A stretch of 64,000 nt of DNA from Pseudomonadota bacterium (GTDB lineage Bacteria; Bdellovibrionota_C; UBA2361; OMII01). The translations under genes and the position numbers were made by a program. The notes beneath the pieces were generated by a model. It had not been told where the DNA came from and did no database searches. It saw nothing but the letters and a program-made list of their open reading frames with translations. This document shows, piece by piece, positions 60,952 to 64,000 of the stretch. Location: assembly GCA_038134595.1 (NCBI GenBank), contig JAYPVM010000005.1:21408-85407 (forward strand), written 5' to 3'. Within the stretch, counting starts at the first letter, position 1. The number at the start of each line of letters is the position of its first letter.

Positions 60952-63015
60952 ATGAACCTACCGCGTTCCATCTCTCGGATTCTTATAGCAAATAGGGGTG
61001 AGATCGCCTCGCGCATCATACGAACCTGTCGAGAGCTTCGGATAGAATCCGTAGCTGTCTACTCAGATATTGATCGACACATGCCCTTTGTTTCAGATGC
61101 TGACATTGCTATCCCGCTCGGTGGAACATCGCAATATCTATCTGGTGAAGCAATCGTACGTGCCTGTATAGAATCGGGGATCGATGCGGTTCATCCTGGC
61201 TATGGATTCCTATCTGAAGATCCCTCGTTTCCTGAGCTTTTGGAAAAAAATAAAATTAGATTTATCGGCCCATCTGCCAAAAACATCAGAGACCTAGGCA
61301 ACAAGGTCAACGCGAAGAACATTGCTAAACGCGCCAACGTCCCGACTTCTCCCACGCTCCTGCTGCAAGATACACGCAAATCCATAGTCGAAGGGAAGCT
61401 GAAAGCCTTTTTAGAACAGACGTCATACCCGCTCCTCATCAAAGCCGCTGCCGGTGGCGGTGGTCGTGGAATGCGCGTCGTTCACCAACATAGTGATATT
61501 CACAATCTACTCGAAAGCGCCTCTAGAGAGGCGGCAAAGAGTTTTGGAGATGGTGCAGTTTTCATAGAAAAATTCATATCCGAGGCCCGTCATATCGAAG
61601 TGCAAATTGCAGGAGATATTACTGGGCGCGTAATAGCCCTCGGCACGCGGGATTGCACAGTACAACGAAACAATCAAAAGATAATCGAAGAAGCACCCGC
61701 TACGAATCTACTTCCAGGGATAGAGGCTGCTTTGTGCGATGCGGCGTGTAGGCTTGCTGAAGCTGTGGAATATAAAAACATAGGCACTGTCGAATTCTTA
61801 TATAACGACGATGGATCGTTTTACTTTCTTGAGGTAAATACACGCCTTCAAGTTGAACATCCAGTAACAGAGTTGGTGACCGGTGTCGATTTGGTAGCGC
61901 TACAAATCCATTTAGCGCAGGGCGGCACCCTCACAGAGTTAGGCTTTCAGGAGAAATTTGCATCGGTTAACGGGCACGCCATCGAAGCTCGTATCTGCGC
62001 TGAAACATTCGATGGAGCATTTCATCCCAGCACCGGTACTATCGTAGCGATGACATTACCGGCATCATCCGATCAACAAAACAACCCGGTTCGAACTGAC
62101 TTTGGATATCAGCCATGCTGTAAAGTAAGTCACCACTACGACTCTCTACTAGGAAAGTTGATTACGCACGGCCCCGACCGATTATCTACCATCGAAACAC
62201 TTGAGCATTCATTAGCAGACCTGACGGTATCCGGCGTTGAAACCAATAAGACCCTTCTGCATAGTATTATCACTAACAATAAGTTTCTCGCCCAAAAGCA
62301 CTCAATACACGACTCGGATAATTTATTCCCATCCAAAAAAGATCTTCAGTTTCTTCATTTTTTGTCAGCCGCCGCTCACGCAGTTTCAAGAATTCTTCTG
62401 ACTAGAGCGCCGCAGCAAAACGACAGGGTTTGGTACAGTTCCTCACCGTGGGTCCGTTCTCCATCACACAACCTAGTCAGCTATCCATCCTTGAGTCTTA
62501 TAAATAATGTACTTCATGAAGCATTCGTACAGTTAGAATCTCCAGATCTATTTCATATCTCGCAGTCGCTACCAGACTCCGACACAATTTCACTTCGGGT
62601 GAATAAATCAGCTTTTATAAATAGTAACACGTTCTTTATGGCGTGCACGTTAGACACCGGCAAGACCCTTACAGCAAACATCGTACAAGATGGCCGCGCT
62701 AATTGGGTGCACCTGCCTCAAGGCACCACTCTCGTGACCAGCGTTGATAGCTGTAGCACGCTGAACAGTAAGTTCGTTAATGGGTCGGAATCCACAGAGA
62801 TAACCTCTCCACTTCCTGCAACGGTGCTATCAATATCACCAAAAGTCGACGACATCGTTTCAGAGGGAGATACGCTCATCGTACTTGACTCGATGAAAAT
62901 GGAGCATCCGATCCGCTCGCCTCTTTCGGGCACCATCTGCTCTGTTGAAGTTGCTGTAGGCGAAGCTGTATCGGCAAAGCAAGTGCTCCTTCGGATACTA
63001 AACTCCCCTGCATAA
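60952..63015 (+). CDS. acyl-CoA carboxylase alpha subunit (biotin carboxylase + biotin-carboxyl carrier)
   Basis: Starts at ATG 60952 (MNLPRSISRILIANRGEIA...), 5 nt after the beta-subunit stop. The track start 60829 overlaps the upstream gene. BC ATP-grasp motifs. C-terminal biotinyl domain with the biotinylation site in LIVLDSMKMEHPI. Confidence 0.9.
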   Translation: MNLPRSISRILIANRGEIASRIIRTCRELRIESVAVYSDIDRHMPFVSDADIAIPLGGTSQYLSGEAIVRACIESGIDAVHPGYGFLSEDPSFPELLEKNKIRFIGPSAKNIRDLGNKVNAKNIAKRANVPTSPTLLLQDTRKSIVEGKLKAFLEQTSYPLLIKAAAGGGGRGMRVVHQHSDIHNLLESASREAAKSFGDGAVFIEKFISEARHIEVQIAGDITGRVIALGTRDCTVQRNNQKIIEEAPATNLLPGIEAALCDAACRLAEAVEYKNIGTVEFLYNDDGSFYFLEVNTRLQVEHPVTELVTGVDLVALQIHLAQGGTLTELGFQEKFASVNGHAIEARICAETFDGAFHPSTGTIVAMTLPASSDQQNNPVRTDFGYQPCCKVSHHYDSLLGKLITHGPDRLSTIETLEHSLADLTVSGVETNKTLLHSIITNNKFLAQKHSIHDSDNLFPSKKDLQFLHFLSAAAHAVSRILLTRAPQQNDRVWYSSSPWVRSPSHNLVSYPSLSLINNVLHEAFVQLESPDLFHISQSLPDSDTISLRVNKSAFINSNTFFMACTLDTGKTLTANIVQDGRANWVHLPQGTTLVTSVDSCSTLNSKFVNGSESTEITSPLPATVLSISPKVDDIVSEGDTLIVLDSMKMEHPIRSPLSGTICSVEVAVGEAVSAKQVLLRILNSPA

Positions 63016-63308
63016 CGCTTAAATACTGAGTATTATTATTGGGCTAACCCACTTCTATGCCGATTAGCTACCCGCTTTGCATAGCAGCAAGAAACCCAGT
63101 ACCATTTACACAAGCTATCATAATAGATTACAGACGGTTGCGTGTGAAATATCCATCCCCCTCGCAGAAAGAACGGCAGAGAACTTTTTTTTGGTCGGAT
63201 TCCCTAGAGAGCTCTCCCGCAACTCTACCGGACGCATCGCCCTTTCCCGCCGCACCTCGACCCATACTGCTAGACTCCTCCGGCCTTTCTGGCTCCCCAT
63301 CAGGAAGC

Positions 63309-64000
63309 ATGGCGAAAAGAATTTCGATGAAGCTTAAACAGGCTCGCGATAACAATCGTCAAGCACCACTCCCATCACCAAAGACTCTTTTAAACTTTGA
63401 GCCAGCTGTCGTCAAAATTCTAGATGCGATTTCTGATAACCGGCATATTGGACTCGTTGGAGACTACGATGTAGATGGAACGACAGCGGTTGCGCAATGG
63501 GTTAACCTCCTAACGGACGCAGGAACCCCTCATTCCTACTGGGTCCCTAATCGATTTAGCGATGGCTACGGAATCAGTGACTCGATCGTAAAACAAATAT
63601 TGGAATCAGATTGCAAATTAGTGGTCTTGCTCGACCACGGCACCCACGCACACGCTCACATAACGGCCTTGAGAACAGGGGGAATTGATGTAGTGGTCAT
63701 TGATCACCACAATGTAGGAGACAAACTGCCAGACGCTATAGTAATCAATCCACGACAGGAAGGTTGTGGATTTTTAAATGAGTTTCCATGCGCAGCGGCC
63801 CTCACCGCAATTGTATCCCGGGAAGTTGCCAGAAGAGCCGGGTTACCAGTTCCAAATCTAGCACTTGCAGGGCTTGGCACAATCGCCGATATGGTTCCGT
63901 TGCATGGGATTAATAGAATATTTGGAAAGCACGGTCTTGATTCAATTCGTAACGATCCATCTGTTGGTCTTCGTGCATTAGCACAAGCCCTCAAATTAGA
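63309..64000 (+). CDS. recJ: single-stranded-DNA-specific exonuclease RecJ (N-terminal part; continues beyond window)
   Basis: Open frame from ATG 63309 to the window end. DHH motifs (GDYDVDGTT, LDHGTHAH, IDHH). Absent from the ORF track because it has no stop codon. Confidence 0.8.
   Translation, partial: MAKRISMKLKQARDNNRQAPLPSPKTLLNFEPAVVKILDAISDNRHIGLVGDYDVDGTTAVAQWVNLLTDAGTPHSYWVPNRFSDGYGISDSIVKQILESDCKLVVLLDHGTHAHAHITALRTGGIDVVVIDHHNVGDKLPDAIVINPRQEGCGFLNEFPCAAALTAIVSREVARRAGLPVPNLALAGLGTIADMVPLHGINRIFGKHGLDSIRNDPSVGLRALAQALKL

Noticed and set aside
63016-63308. ORFs 63077..63337 (+) and 63118..63355 (-) in the accA-recJ intergenic region
   Set aside because: Mutually overlapping, Arg/Ser-rich and low complexity. 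More likely the recJ promoter/leader region.
1-64000. Searched for CRISPR repeats, rRNA, transposase/integrase, reverse transcriptase and phage structural genes
   Set aside because: No repeat-spacer periodicity, no rRNA-like conserved stretches, and no ORF with transposase/integrase/RT motifs were seen. The window looks like core chromosome.

Overview
This 64-kb window is a gene-dense (~90% coding), ~50% GC bacterial chromosomal segment dominated by housekeeping genes. It carries four aminoacyl-tRNA synthetases (tyrS, argS, aspS, plus tRNA-Leu(UAA)), a Bacillus/Chlamydia-type sdhCAB operon, glgB, a cell-wall cluster (ftsW-murG divergent from hydrolase-murF-ddl), and a biotin-dependent acyl-CoA carboxylase pair. 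It also has an ABC importer, two large SNF2-family helicases (one with an N-terminal SWIM zinc finger) and several hypothetical proteins. I saw no rRNA, CRISPR array, transposase, integrase or phage structural gene. The gene content (SWIM-SNF2 helicase, b558 SdhC, MgtE, DEAD-box, no recognisable mobile elements) loosely suggests a PVC/Chlamydiae-like lineage, but that is inference. The items I think most worth a second look are: (1) a MurF-like Mur ligase whose usual N-terminal domain is replaced by a ~5-helix membrane domain, encoded between an alpha/beta hydrolase and ddl; (2) an ABC permease fused in-frame to its solute-binding protein, with a signal-peptide-like segment preserved at the junction; (3) a stand-alone HerA/FtsK-like (DUF87-type) ATPase wedged between sdhC and a GH13 gene; (4) a ~3.4-kb patch of uncharacterised genes next to the first SNF2 helicase (acidic 462-aa protein, small ORF with strong RBS and terminator, membrane protein, Cys-containing lipoprotein), preceded by a 1-kb intergenic region carrying a 42-nt near-perfect palindrome; (5) an orphan Dam methylase next to a MazG-like pyrophosphohydrolase and tRNA-Leu. 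Several ORF-track starts look over-extended, and I give corrected starts where an internal Met with an RBS or a domain boundary supports it.
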